From contig CAZYTL010000008.1 of assembly GCA_964650355.1 (NCBI GenBank), forward strand, positions 89 through 64,088: 64,000 nucleotides of DNA. Reading direction: 5' to 3'. This document shows, piece by piece, positions 27,996 to 37,753 of this stretch. This DNA comes from an uncultured Gammaproteobacteria bacterium (GTDB taxonomy: Bacteria; Patescibacteriota; Microgenomatia; CAYXHB01; CAZYTL01). Under the pieces are notes generated by a model that saw nothing but the letters and a program-made list of their open reading frames with translations, did not search any database and was not told the origin of the DNA. Numbering within the stretch: position 1 is the first letter of the stretch; every line of letters begins with the position of its first letter. The position numbers and the translations under genes are program-made.

Positions 27996-28046
27996 TTTAA
28001 TAAAAAACCTACAGCTGTTTATAATAATTTTTGATTTTTTGAGCCA

Positions 28047-28385
28047 ATGGCTCATCAGCCTCTGGCTGAGATTTTTAACTCATTTATCGTGCCTGTCCGC
28101 CATACCATCCATCCCACTTTCAGACAAACCTTTCTTCATGGAATCATCGCCGGGATCGGCTGGGCATTCGGAGCCACCATTGTGTTCGCAATATTAATCG
28201 CTATTTTTGGTTATGTAATCTCTGTCTTAGGACATGTTCCCGGGTTGAACTATTTGATTGCCCCCATAAATAGAATCGTTGAAGATACCCAAGACCCCAG
28301 GGTCGAAGTGTTGGAAAAGGATCAAGGGGTAGTCACCACCTTCCCGACAGGAGATCAAAATCAGATAGACAACCCCAGACGATAA
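28047..28385 (+). CDS. small membrane protein (DUF5665-like)
   Basis: FLHGIIAGIGWAFGATIV..VP pattern. Confidence 0.7.
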   Translation: MAHQPLAEIFNSFIVPVRHTIHPTFRQTFLHGIIAGIGWAFGATIVFAILIAIFGYVISVLGHVPGLNYLIAPINRIVEDTQDPRVEVLEKDQGVVTTFPTGDQNQIDNPRR

Positions 28386-28475
28386 GATTAAAGCATGAGG
28401 AAACGAATTAATGCTTCGGAAGGATGATTGAAGATAGCGATATTCGATTATGGATTTAGGGATATAATTACGATA

Positions 28476-29546
28476 ATGAAGCTACCAATTTACTTTCCGG
28501 ATGCAACTCGAGGGGTAGTCCGGGGTTTGGATAGTGAAGATCTCCACGAGGTTGGTATAGAAGGCTTGGTTGTAAATACCTATCACCTGTTATCGCACCC
28601 GGGTATCTCGGTCTTAAAGGCAGCTGAGGGGCTAAAAAATCTAATGAATTGGCATGGCTGGGTGATTTCTGATTCAGGGGGATTCCAAATGCTGTCCCTG
28701 ATTTACCAAAATCAATTGAACGGAAAAGTAAATAAGGATGGAATTGTATTTTATCGTGATACTAAGGGCAAAAAACGCCGAATCGAATTTACTCCGGAGA
28801 AATCTATCCAGACTCAGTTTGCGATTGGCAGTGATGTAATGTTCTGTCTGGACGACTGTCCACCGGTGAAGGCTGGACCAAAAGAGTACGAGGCCAGCGT
28901 GACCAGAACCGTAAGTTGGGCGGAGCGTTGTAAGGATGAATATTTAAGCCAAGTTAAATTAAAAAGGTTGAATGAACAGTCCCGGCCGAAATTATTTGCA
29001 GTAATCCAGGGAGGCAATGATAAAAGACTACGGCAAAGTTGCGCTGAATCTTTGTTGAAAATCGGTTTTGATGGTTATGGGTTTGGGGGTTGGCCACTAG
29101 ATCGTGACGGAAATTATGATTTCGAGATATTGCGTTACACGGCCAGATTAACTCCAGATGAGTTACCGAGATTTGGATTGGGGATCGGGAATCCCCAGGC
29201 AATCATTGATTGTTTCAAGCTGGGATATACGATGTTTGATTGCGTATTGCCGACCAGGGACGCCCGCCACCAACGATTGTATGTTTTTAACCACGATCCT
29301 AACCAAGGTGATTTGTTAGCAGGTAATGGTCATGTGAAGTATCTGCATATCATGCAGGAAAAATATGTCCGGGATACAAGACCGATCAGTCAATGGTGTG
29401 ATTGTCATACCTGTAAGCGTTATAGCCGAGCCTACTTGCGGCATTTGTTTGAGATCGAAGATTCTTTGGCAGGAAGGCTGGCCACGCTTCATAATTTAAG
29501 AACTTACACGACGTTAATAGAAAAGCTGAGAAAATATGTCAAATAA
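28476..29546 (+). CDS. tgt: tRNA-guanine transglycosylase family protein (divergent)
   Basis: NTYHL, DSGGFQ, LDDC, IQGG, FDCVLPTR.AR, CDCHTC..YSRAYLRHL, HNL zinc site. Confidence 0.9.
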   Translation: MKLPIYFPDATRGVVRGLDSEDLHEVGIEGLVVNTYHLLSHPGISVLKAAEGLKNLMNWHGWVISDSGGFQMLSLIYQNQLNGKVNKDGIVFYRDTKGKKRRIEFTPEKSIQTQFAIGSDVMFCLDDCPPVKAGPKEYEASVTRTVSWAERCKDEYLSQVKLKRLNEQSRPKLFAVIQGGNDKRLRQSCAESLLKIGFDGYGFGGWPLDRDGNYDFEILRYTARLTPDELPRFGLGIGNPQAIIDCFKLGYTMFDCVLPTRDARHQRLYVFNHDPNQGDLLAGNGHVKYLHIMQEKYVRDTRPISQWCDCHTCKRYSRAYLRHLFEIEDSLAGRLATLHNLRTYTTLIEKLRKYVK

Positions 29547-30333
29547 CCAGGACATAGACGGCTTGACGGATAAGGTTTTGCAATCCAAAAAGTATAAGTC
29601 CCTTTATAAACCTACGGTGAAAAGGATTGTAGAAGATGTGGCTTCACATTATCCCCCAAACAGGGTTGAAAAGGTAGTAAAAAGGAGACTGCACCAGATT
29701 TGGGGGGCCTATTTTAGGCGTCCCAATTTTGGAAAATTACTAAACAGAATAGAAGAAGATTTGCACGAGGGCACGGACATTAAAGTTGTCTTAAAGAGTC
29801 TATTAAAGTTGCAAACTTCCACGAATGAAAGAATCCCGATTTTAAAGAATTTTTATTCCAGAATTTTTTCTATTGCAGGACGGCCTCAAACAATTATCGA
29901 ACCTGCCTGCGGGTTGAATGCTCTGACTTATTTCTGGATGGGAACTGATATTGAGTACGTTGGTTTTGATGTTGACCAGGAAGAGATTGAATTTATCAAT
30001 TCTGTTTTCAGGTTAGCGGGAGTGCAAAACCAAGCCCGAGTAGAACTGGGTGACATCCTGGCTGGCGACTTTAAAAGTAAATCAGACTTGGTATTTTTGC
30101 TCAAGGTTATGCCAATTCTGGAGCATCAGCAAAAGGGATGCACTTTGGAGATATTAAGGAAACTGAAATGTAAACAGGTAGTAGTTTCGTACCCCACCAG
30201 AAGCATATCAGGGAAGGATAAAGGAATGGTCGATTTTTATCGAAAACAATTTACAAACCTGGTTAGGGGCGAGCCATGGAAGATAGAAAAGCTGGTTTTT
30301 GATACAGAATTGGTTTTTGTGATCAGAAAATAA
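29536..30333 (+). CDS. 16S rRNA m7G1405 methyltransferase (Rmt/ArmA/Sgm, FmrO family) homolog
   Basis: KRRLHQIWGAY, STNER, ACGLN, LLKVMP.LE.Q..G, VVVSYPTRSISG..KGM...Y...F, ELVFV. Confidence 0.85.
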   Translation: MSNNQDIDGLTDKVLQSKKYKSLYKPTVKRIVEDVASHYPPNRVEKVVKRRLHQIWGAYFRRPNFGKLLNRIEEDLHEGTDIKVVLKSLLKLQTSTNERIPILKNFYSRIFSIAGRPQTIIEPACGLNALTYFWMGTDIEYVGFDVDQEEIEFINSVFRLAGVQNQARVELGDILAGDFKSKSDLVFLLKVMPILEHQQKGCTLEILRKLKCKQVVVSYPTRSISGKDKGMVDFYRKQFTNLVRGEPWKIEKLVFDTELVFVIRK

Positions 30334-30342
30334 AGTTCTAAA

Positions 30343-30489
30343 ATGAAAACAGATATAAGATTAATTTGCTTTGATTTGAATAAAACCTTGATTGAGGAAA
30401 ACACCTGGCTGGAATTAAACCTGGCCATGGGAATGACCAACGAGCGGTTGACTTGGGGAACGAATCGGGTTAAGATACCATCAAATTAA
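30343..30489 (+). pseudogene. truncated HAD-family hydrolase N-terminus
   Basis: MKTDIRLICFDLNKTLIEENTWLELNLAMG resembles HAD motif I of SerB-like proteins, then stops after 48 aa. Confidence 0.55.
30448..30476 (+). promoter_or_regulatory. sigma70 promoter for the thrS leader
   Basis: TTGACT (30448-30453), 17 bp, TAAGAT (30471-30476). Confidence 0.75.
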
Positions 30490-30491
30490 AT

Positions 30492-30631
30492 TTGCTGCGC
30501 AACATTAGAGAGATAGACTCACCAACTATCGAGCAGCAACGCTGATCCCCGAACGGATCGAATCAAGCGGTCCGATTTCACTTCGGACAAGCAAGATGGA
30601 ACCCTCCTGAGTAACGACAAAGGAGTCTTGC
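30492..30631 (+). promoter_or_regulatory. T-box riboswitch (Thr, ACC specifier) with ultrashort Stem I
   Basis: Stem I TTGCTGC/GCAGCAA with ACC at 30521-30523 in the apical loop; antiterminator GCAAGA-TGGAACC-CTCCT...AGGAG-TCTTGC; lies upstream of thrS. Confidence 0.8.
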
Positions 30632-30657
30632 ACCCATTGAAAAACGGGTGCTTTTTT
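30630..30657 (+). terminator. intrinsic terminator in the thrS leader
   Basis: GCACCC/GGGTGC stem followed by TTTTTT. Confidence 0.75.
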
Positions 30658-30675
30658 ATTTGGTATGATGAATAT

Positions 30676-32439
30676 ATGGATAATAAAAACTTAGATAATT
30701 TACGGCATTCAGCCTCTCACCTGTTGGCAGCAGCGGTATTGGAATTGTGGCCGGATGCCAAGCCTACATTGGGACCCCCGATTGAGGACGGGTTTTATTA
30801 TGATTTTGATTTCGGAGAGGCTAAAATTTCTTCTGATGATTTGCCCAAAATTGAGGGAAAGATGCACGAGCTGGTGAACTCATGGAAAGGCTTTGAGCGC
30901 GTAGAAGTTTCTAAGACTGAAGCCAAGAAACAATTTAGCCAAAATGAATATAAGCAAGAATTGATTAATGACTTTTCAGAGAAAGGAGAGAAACTAACTC
31001 TATACAAATCGGGCGATTTTACTGATCTCTGCCGGGGCGGGCACATAGAAAATCCTGCGAAAGAGTTGAAACACTTCAAATTGTTATCAGTGGCCGGAGC
31101 TTACTGGCGGGGTGATGAAAAGAACAAGATGCTGACTCGGATTTACGGGACGATATTCCCAACTAAGAAAGAATTGGACGAGCACTTGGCCCGACTGGAA
31201 GAAGCCAAGCAAAGAGATCATCGAAAATTGGGAAAAGAGCTGGACTTGTTTACCTTTTCAGATCTGGTAGGATCTGGATTGCCTCTTTATACCCCCAAGG
31301 GAGCTCTGATTAGAAGATTGTTAAATGAGTATGTCGAACAAGTGCAATCTAAACAGGATTATCAACAGGTCTGGACACCTCAAATTGCTAAAGCAGAGCT
31401 ATTCAAAACTTCCGGTCATTATTCTAAATATAAAGACGATATGTTTAAGGTCATTTCCAATTATTCTGAAGAAGAATTGTATTTGAAACCCATGAATTGT
31501 CCGCAGCACACACAAATTTATGCCAGCCGGATGCGAAGCTATCGGGATTTACCAATCAGAATGACCGATTTTGCCATGCTTTATCGTGATGAGAAGCCAG
31601 GAGAACTAAGCGGTTTGGCCAGGGTCAGATCATTTTCTCAAGATGACTGTCATATTTTTTGTAGAGAAGACCAGGTTGATGAAGAAATTGATAAGGCATT
31701 AACCATGATCAAGGAAATCATGGGCACCTTTGGTTTCAAATATCGTTATCGACTCTCAACCAGGGATCAGGAACATCCGGAAAAATATTTAGGAGATCCG
31801 AAAATTTGGGACAAGGTTGAAAAATGGGCGGAAGTGATCATGAAAAGAAATAAAATTGATTATTATGACGGACCGGGAGAAGCGGCTTTTTATGCCCCGA
31901 AAATGGATTTAATGGCCACGGATGCTCTAAAAAGAGAATGGCAATTATCCACAGTACAAATCGATTACGTGATGCCGGAAAGGTTTGGACTTAAGTATAT
32001 TGATTCCACCGGATCAGATAAACATCCGATCATGATCCACAGGGCAATCGTGGGTTCACCGGAGCGTTTTATTATGATTCTTTTGGAACACTTTGCCGGA
32101 GCGTTTCCCACCTGGCTGTCCCCTATTCAGGCGAAAGTCTTACCCATCACAGATCAACAATTGGATTATGCGCAAAGGGTGGCGCAATTGTTGCGGGATA
32201 ATCGTGCAAGGGTGGAATTAGACGACCGATCGGAAACTCTGTCAGCGAAAATTCGTGACGCGCAATTGGAAAAGATACCTTATATGGTGATTGTCGGCCA
32301 GCGGGAGGAAAAAGCCAACCAGGTGGCGGTAAGAACCAGAAACGAGCAGGATTTAGGAGCTATGGAGATAGAAAAACTGACAAAACAGCTAACCGAAGAA
32401 ATTGCGACTAAATCGCTGAAATTGATGACTGCTCCTTAA
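30676..32439 (+). CDS. thrS: threonine--tRNA ligase
   Basis: RHSASHLLA, DLCRGGH, GAYWRGD, RDHRKLG, KPMNCPQH, MIHRA, C-terminal anticodon-binding domain. Confidence 0.98.
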   Translation: MDNKNLDNLRHSASHLLAAAVLELWPDAKPTLGPPIEDGFYYDFDFGEAKISSDDLPKIEGKMHELVNSWKGFERVEVSKTEAKKQFSQNEYKQELINDFSEKGEKLTLYKSGDFTDLCRGGHIENPAKELKHFKLLSVAGAYWRGDEKNKMLTRIYGTIFPTKKELDEHLARLEEAKQRDHRKLGKELDLFTFSDLVGSGLPLYTPKGALIRRLLNEYVEQVQSKQDYQQVWTPQIAKAELFKTSGHYSKYKDDMFKVISNYSEEELYLKPMNCPQHTQIYASRMRSYRDLPIRMTDFAMLYRDEKPGELSGLARVRSFSQDDCHIFCREDQVDEEIDKALTMIKEIMGTFGFKYRYRLSTRDQEHPEKYLGDPKIWDKVEKWAEVIMKRNKIDYYDGPGEAAFYAPKMDLMATDALKREWQLSTVQIDYVMPERFGLKYIDSTGSDKHPIMIHRAIVGSPERFIMILLEHFAGAFPTWLSPIQAKVLPITDQQLDYAQRVAQLLRDNRARVELDDRSETLSAKIRDAQLEKIPYMVIVGQREEKANQVAVRTRNEQDLGAMEIEKLTKQLTEEIATKSLKLMTAP

Positions 32440-32471
32440 TTCGGGGTGACTTGTTGGCTACGTGAAACACA

Positions 32472-32903
32472 CTATTTGGTTCTAAAGTTGACGTCCATAA
32501 ACAGCTCTGGAGGATCCAAATCTTGTTCCCGGAAATCAAGGCTTTCCAGTTGGCGTTCAAAGGTTTTTAAGGCGCCTTCCAATTGCAGAATTTGGGGATC
32601 GGTATTGTAAATCGTGGGATCACCGATAGTTACGGGCGGCACGCTGGGCCGAGGCACCATGGTAGGCGTGGGAATAATTGCTGCGGGTGGTTTGGGCCCG
32701 GGGGTAGGACCTGATGTACCTCTCTTGACCAAGGTGGTTAAAACTAAAGTGAACACAAAAAACACCCCAGCCCCGATCATAAACGTGGTTTTCAGACTCA
32801 TTTTCTTCTTCGGCGCAAGAGGTTTAGCTTCTGCTCCCGGGGCTTCTTCCGTTGGTTTGCCTGGTAATTTTATGCTCGCGGGTTTTTCTAAAGCGGCTGC
32901 CAT
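32472..32903 (-). CDS. hypothetical single-TM, proline-rich protein
   Basis: One TM helix followed by a PTP-rich segment. Confidence 0.7.
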   Translation of the reverse strand: MAAALEKPASIKLPGKPTEEAPGAEAKPLAPKKKMSLKTTFMIGAGVFFVFTLVLTTLVKRGTSGPTPGPKPPAAIIPTPTMVPRPSVPPVTIGDPTIYNTDPQILQLEGALKTFERQLESLDFREQDLDPPELFMDVNFRTK

Positions 32904-32933
32904 AAGTTAATTAATGATCAGACATTCACCTTA

Positions 32934-33737
32934 TCAGTCGAAGCGGATGTCCTGAACGATTTCGAGTAGGATATCATTGATCTCTTTGTGGTATTGGGTA
33001 ACTTTCATCAAATTGTTAATAAAAGTACCAAAAGTTCTGGTGGATACTGTCCTGGTTTTTAATAATGAGGTCAAAGCTGTTTCTTCATCAGCCTGAGATA
33101 AGAAAAGTTTTCTATTGGCTTCGATGATCCAGCGTTCCATATTGTCTGTGGGCATCACATTTTCCTTTTTTATTCTGGCGACTTGTTCGCTAGTTAGGCT
33201 GATGAGTTCGTTGGCAGTTTTTTCTAATGAACGGACTTTGCTGTCAATTACCAAACCTTTCATAAAATAGGATTGAGTAGTGAATTTTTTGTAACGGCCT
33301 TCAACCTGTTTGGATAATTTTTCCAGAGCACCCAAATCTTGCGCGTTATCAAAAAGCGGCTGATTTTCTTCCAGAAAATCTAACTCTTGATTGATGTAAA
33401 GGATTTTTTCTTTGAGTTCTTCTTCTGTCAGTTCCGGGCTTTGTTCCAGTCGTTCTTTCATCATGCGCAAATAAGTGATGAGCACTTGCTGACGGGCATT
33501 AAGAAATTTTTTGGTGGCATCGATAGCTACGTCCTGTGATACTTGGGTTTGGTATTTTAGATACTCCGCCCGGGCCAGATTGTATTGGTCCAAAGTTTGT
33601 TTATAAGTGTCAAAAGCATCACGATAGGCATCAAGAAGTTGCTCGTATGTGGTCTGCGCATGCGCCACGGCAGGAAAAGAAAAGACGCTCAAAACAGAGA
33701 GTAGAATAATGACGAAATAAGTTCCTCTCAGTCTCAT
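32934..33737 (-). CDS. hypothetical secreted coiled-coil protein
   Basis: Signal peptide ending AHA and a helical body. Confidence 0.75.
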   Translation of the reverse strand: MRLRGTYFVIILLSVLSVFSFPAVAHAQTTYEQLLDAYRDAFDTYKQTLDQYNLARAEYLKYQTQVSQDVAIDATKKFLNARQQVLITYLRMMKERLEQSPELTEEELKEKILYINQELDFLEENQPLFDNAQDLGALEKLSKQVEGRYKKFTTQSYFMKGLVIDSKVRSLEKTANELISLTSEQVARIKKENVMPTDNMERWIIEANRKLFLSQADEETALTSLLKTRTVSTRTFGTFINNLMKVTQYHKEINDILLEIVQDIRFD

Positions 33738-33764
33738 GATTCCATACTAACATAGAACGACCAT

Positions 33765-35417
33765 TTAATCCTGAGGCACTTCTACTACTTCGGCTTCTTT
33801 GCGTCTTAAAAATTGGCTCCATTCTTCAACTGCCCCTACCAAGGCCTTAAGCGGGGCATCAATGATGACGTCTAAAATAAACATGAAGATGTTAATTTGA
33901 GCCAATCCGGCTGATAACCAGGCTCCCAGACTAATGAACGGCATGGTAAGGACGCTGACCACGTGAGTAATGATTCCTCCGCTGTCTTTGGCAACGGTGA
34001 GTTCTTGTGACTCCCATTTGACCCGATAACCGAAGAGGAGAACCAAACTCATAAACATAAAAAAGATTAACAAGCTGATATAGTTGTAGCCCACGACTTG
34101 TAAAAGGAAGCTGGCAAACAAATAAATTAATACGGAAAACAGGATGAAGTAAAAGATGGAAAAATACTGATTGAGTTTTTTCTGGCGGACAGATAAGGTC
34201 AACTGGGCAGTGAGGGGTTTGTGCTTTTCCTGAGTCTGATAGAGCAATCTTTTCAGTTGTTTTAAAATCCGTTGGGTGTTTCCCTCTCCAGGCACCCGGA
34301 TAGATAATCCGATGACCAACATAAGACCTGGAGGAGTGAGCAGGTTAATGGTTAAAGGTATATATTGAATCTCCCCCAACAGGTAATGTTCATAAGGTAA
34401 TTCAATTATCAGGGCCAGCAAGACTTTGGTGATTAACAGGTAGATAACACTGCGCATGATCGCGTTCGAAATCTGTTGCTGGAGTCTGGAGTACCTGTTA
34501 TCTGCCACTTCGGTAGTGGCCTTAGTCAGAAGCTCCGGTGATTTGATCACGGTTTGGGGTTTGGGGTTGTTGATTAAAATTTCGTTGAGGATGACAAATA
34601 CCGGTGTGAAATGGCGGACAAATCTGAATACTAGGTTGCGTTGAGAGTAGTTGAGCAGGTTTTCGATTTGAACTACCAGTTGAGGAAGGGTTTGAGCCAG
34701 CTGTGACTGTTGGGCAGGTGTGGAAGCAGTTTTCCATTCCGGCTGCAGAAGCAACAGTAACCGGTAACGGAGAATGGGTTGGTCGGATTTGGCCAAAGCT
34801 CGCTGAGCGGCGATAAATAATTGAATTTCCCGATCTTCATCGGATAAGGCCTCAGTATCCCAAGAAAAATTATTCTTCAGCCAGGCAAACATCAAGGGGG
34901 CTAAGACAGTGCGCAAGTATGAAGGAGAGATGGTTTCTTCGATTTCAGTTGAAGCCACTCCTAATAGCCAGGTAGTCCAGTCAGTATGTTCACCCGGTGG
35001 GGAAGAGAATTCTTCGGTTTGTGATAAAAGGTATTGGTATTTGTAAACGATTAAAGTCAGTTCTTTGAGTTTGGAGCGGGGGAGGGTTTCGTTCGCCAGG
35101 AAGCGGGACCAGGTAAGTTCTTTGACTAAGAGTTCGGCTTTTTCTTCGGGAGATTTTTCCAGCCAAAAAAGACGGTTAAGGGTACGTTCGATTGTGGCCC
35201 GGCGGAGCACGTGTTCTCCTCGATATTCTACGGCGGACCGCAGCTTTTCGTAAACATAAGCTACAAAGCCAAAAGTTTCTGAAATATCGAGCATTTCCTC
35301 TTGTTGCTGGCGGCGTTGTTGTTCGGTAAATTCCTGCCAGCTATCCAGGACGTATTGGCCTTCACGAGTAAGCTTAGGCAAGTCAGATGAAGATTTATCC
35401 GGACGTGGTTTAGCCAT
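33765..35417 (-). CDS. conserved hypothetical membrane protein
   Basis: YEKLRSAVEYRGEHVLRR.IER N-terminus and several C-terminal TM helices. Confidence 0.75.
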   Translation of the reverse strand: MAKPRPDKSSSDLPKLTREGQYVLDSWQEFTEQQRRQQQEEMLDISETFGFVAYVYEKLRSAVEYRGEHVLRRATIERTLNRLFWLEKSPEEKAELLVKELTWSRFLANETLPRSKLKELTLIVYKYQYLLSQTEEFSSPPGEHTDWTTWLLGVASTEIEETISPSYLRTVLAPLMFAWLKNNFSWDTEALSDEDREIQLFIAAQRALAKSDQPILRYRLLLLLQPEWKTASTPAQQSQLAQTLPQLVVQIENLLNYSQRNLVFRFVRHFTPVFVILNEILINNPKPQTVIKSPELLTKATTEVADNRYSRLQQQISNAIMRSVIYLLITKVLLALIIELPYEHYLLGEIQYIPLTINLLTPPGLMLVIGLSIRVPGEGNTQRILKQLKRLLYQTQEKHKPLTAQLTLSVRQKKLNQYFSIFYFILFSVLIYLFASFLLQVVGYNYISLLIFFMFMSLVLLFGYRVKWESQELTVAKDSGGIITHVVSVLTMPFISLGAWLSAGLAQINIFMFILDVIIDAPLKALVGAVEEWSQFLRRKEAEVVEVPQD

Positions 35418-35535
35418 AGGTTCCAATCTATATTATCGCATATCAGAGCAAAAAAGGTTATTAGATTGATAGATTAGGTTAATAATAGCCCTAAAAATAT
35501 TGCCCATCTTTGAACATTGCGTTAAAATCCTGCTA

Positions 35536-35751
35536 ATGGGTCAAGCATGTCGTTTGAGGACAAAGGAAACTCCTAGTCTCGCGTGCGGAAATTGTACCAA
35601 ATCACGTTTCGAATCACCAGACAGTTCAACTGGCACATGCACAGTTTTCGATGTGGTGGTGCGAAGAAGTTCTCAACCAAGAGTGAACACGGAAGGTGGC
35701 GAGAGTTGTCATAGCTACCCTAGCTGGCTACCAATGGCCAGAATTGATTAG
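35536..35751 (+). CDS. small cysteine-rich protein
   Basis: TTGCCC-17-TAAAAT promoter 7 nt before ATG 35536; CGNC..C..C pattern; fills an intergenic gap. Confidence 0.5.
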   Translation: MGQACRLRTKETPSLACGNCTKSRFESPDSSTGTCTVFDVVVRRSSQPRVNTEGGESCHSYPSWLPMARID

Positions 35752-37640
35752 AAAGGTAAATCATCTCCAGAAATAGTCGGCTGGTAATTATCAAGAGAGT
35801 AGATGGGACTGCTACCATTAAGGTTGTTGATTAATTCTTCGGGTATATCAGTAATGAATCGGCTGATGGCGTAAGAAGTGCTGCGGCCAAAGTAAAGCCG
35901 GTGATAAGCGTAGGTGAGGTAAAGTTGTTCCATGGCCCTGGTCATGCCTACGTAGCAAAGCCGGCGTTCTTCTTCCATTTGGGTATGATCCAGCTGGCTG
36001 CGGGAATGGGGAAACAGACCTTCTTCCATGCCGATCATAAACACGGTGTTAAATTCCAGGCCTTTGGCCGCATGCACGGTCATGAGGGTAACTTTGTCAG
36101 TGCGCCCGGTTTCCAGTTCTTTGGTGGTTTCCTGCTCTACTAGAGCCACGTTTTCCAAAAACTGGGTTAGGTCAGGGAATCTGTCTGCCACGGACCGCAA
36201 TTCTTTAATGTTCTCTAACCGGGCAAAGTCATCCTGATCTTCGGGATCAAATCTCTCCAGATAACCGGTGGCATCCAGCACCCGGTCCATCAGCTCCTGA
36301 GTAGATGAGGAAGAAGAAGGATTTTCGTTTAACTTTTCTCTCCACCGGACAAAGGTTTCCCATCGGTGTTTGCCCAGCTTTTTGATTCTCTCCTCGGACA
36401 CGGTATCTTTGGGATTGGCGATCAGCCGCAGGTAGCTAATGATGTCTTTGATTTCTCTGCGTTGATAAAATCGGGTGCCTCCTACTAGGAGATAGGGGAT
36501 GCCACCGTGCAATAGGGCCTCTTCCATGACCCGTGATTGAGCGTTCGTCCGATACAAAACCGCAAAATCGCCATAAGTCTTATGTTGAGTTAGTAATTTT
36601 TCTTGAATAGAATTGACCACGAACCTGGCCTCGTCCAACTCATTCCGGGCTGGATAGACAGCGATTTTTTTTCCTGCTGGTTTGTCCGTCCACAACCGGA
36701 GCACCGGATGCAAAGTATTCTTTTGAATCACCTGGTTGGCGCCGGAAAGAATGTTTTGGGTGGAGCGGTAATTTTGCTCCAAATTAATGGTCACTAAATC
36801 GGGAAAGTCTTGTTTCAAATGCTGCAGATTACGGAAATCAGCACCGCGCCATGAATAGATGGACTGGGAAAAATCACCCACGGCCATGAGGTTTTTATGT
36901 TTACCTGCCAACAGTTTGGTTAACACGTATTGGGCTTTGTTAGTATCCTGGTATTCGTCGACCAGCACGTATTTAAGTTGTTGTTGGAAGTTGTTAAGAA
37001 CTGTAGGATGGTTTTGGAATAAATCAACGGTATAGCTTAACAGATCATCGAAGTCCACGGCTGCTGCCTGGCGAAGAAGTTTTTGGTAGGCCTGATAAAG
37101 TTCGGCAATGGTTTCTTGATATGAGGACCGGGCATAGTTAAAATAGTCAGCAGGTTTAATTAGTTCGTTTTTGGCTTCGGAAATGGCAGCCAGTGCTGAT
37201 TTCGGCCGAAATTTTTTGGCATCGACTTTTAATTTATCTAACGCTACTTTAATCAGAGTTTCCTGATCGTCAGCGTCATAAATCACATAATCGTTTTCCA
37301 AACTGATCAGCTGGCCATATTTGCGTAGGATGCGGGCGCAGAAGCTGTGGAAAGTGCCTCCGAAGACACTGGGTCTGGAAGCCGCCGGCCCTGAAGCGGA
37401 AAGAGATGACTGTCCGATTAGTTGTCTGACCCGTCCGAGCATTTCCTCAGCAGCTTTATTGGTAAAAGTAAGGAGGATGAGTTCGTGAGGATGGGCGAGT
37501 TGCTGTTCGATCAGCCAGGCCGCTCTGTAGGTCAGAGTCCGGGTTTTGCCTGATCCGGCACCGGCCAAGACCAGCACCGGTCCGTCTGTGTGGGTGACCG
37601 CTTGCTTTTGTTGATCGTTAAGTTGAGCTAAAATATCCAT
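35748..37640 (-). CDS. pcrA: ATP-dependent DNA helicase PcrA/UvrD
   Basis: AGAGSGKT, VDEYQDTN, GDFSQSIYSWRGA, QNYRST, LYRTNAQSR, HAAKGLEF, EEERRLCYVGMTRA. Confidence 0.95.
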   Translation of the reverse strand: MDILAQLNDQQKQAVTHTDGPVLVLAGAGSGKTRTLTYRAAWLIEQQLAHPHELILLTFTNKAAEEMLGRVRQLIGQSSLSASGPAASRPSVFGGTFHSFCARILRKYGQLISLENDYVIYDADDQETLIKVALDKLKVDAKKFRPKSALAAISEAKNELIKPADYFNYARSSYQETIAELYQAYQKLLRQAAAVDFDDLLSYTVDLFQNHPTVLNNFQQQLKYVLVDEYQDTNKAQYVLTKLLAGKHKNLMAVGDFSQSIYSWRGADFRNLQHLKQDFPDLVTINLEQNYRSTQNILSGANQVIQKNTLHPVLRLWTDKPAGKKIAVYPARNELDEARFVVNSIQEKLLTQHKTYGDFAVLYRTNAQSRVMEEALLHGGIPYLLVGGTRFYQRREIKDIISYLRLIANPKDTVSEERIKKLGKHRWETFVRWREKLNENPSSSSSTQELMDRVLDATGYLERFDPEDQDDFARLENIKELRSVADRFPDLTQFLENVALVEQETTKELETGRTDKVTLMTVHAAKGLEFNTVFMIGMEEGLFPHSRSQLDHTQMEEERRLCYVGMTRAMEQLYLTYAYHRLYFGRSTSYAISRFITDIPEELINNLNGSSPIYSLDNYQPTISGDDLPF

Positions 37641-37753
37641 ACATTAATCAGGAACGGTTAAAGGTGGACTCTGTTAATTGTGGAAACCCACCTTGCTCTG
37701 AGATGGAAGGTGTCAAAGGTGCGTAGCTTATTTTATCATTAGTAAAGTCTGGT

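Noticed and set aside
37660-37695. AAGGTGG/CCACCTT hairpin between pcrA and the LCP gene
   Set aside because: A single 7-bp stem with no recognisable riboswitch motif
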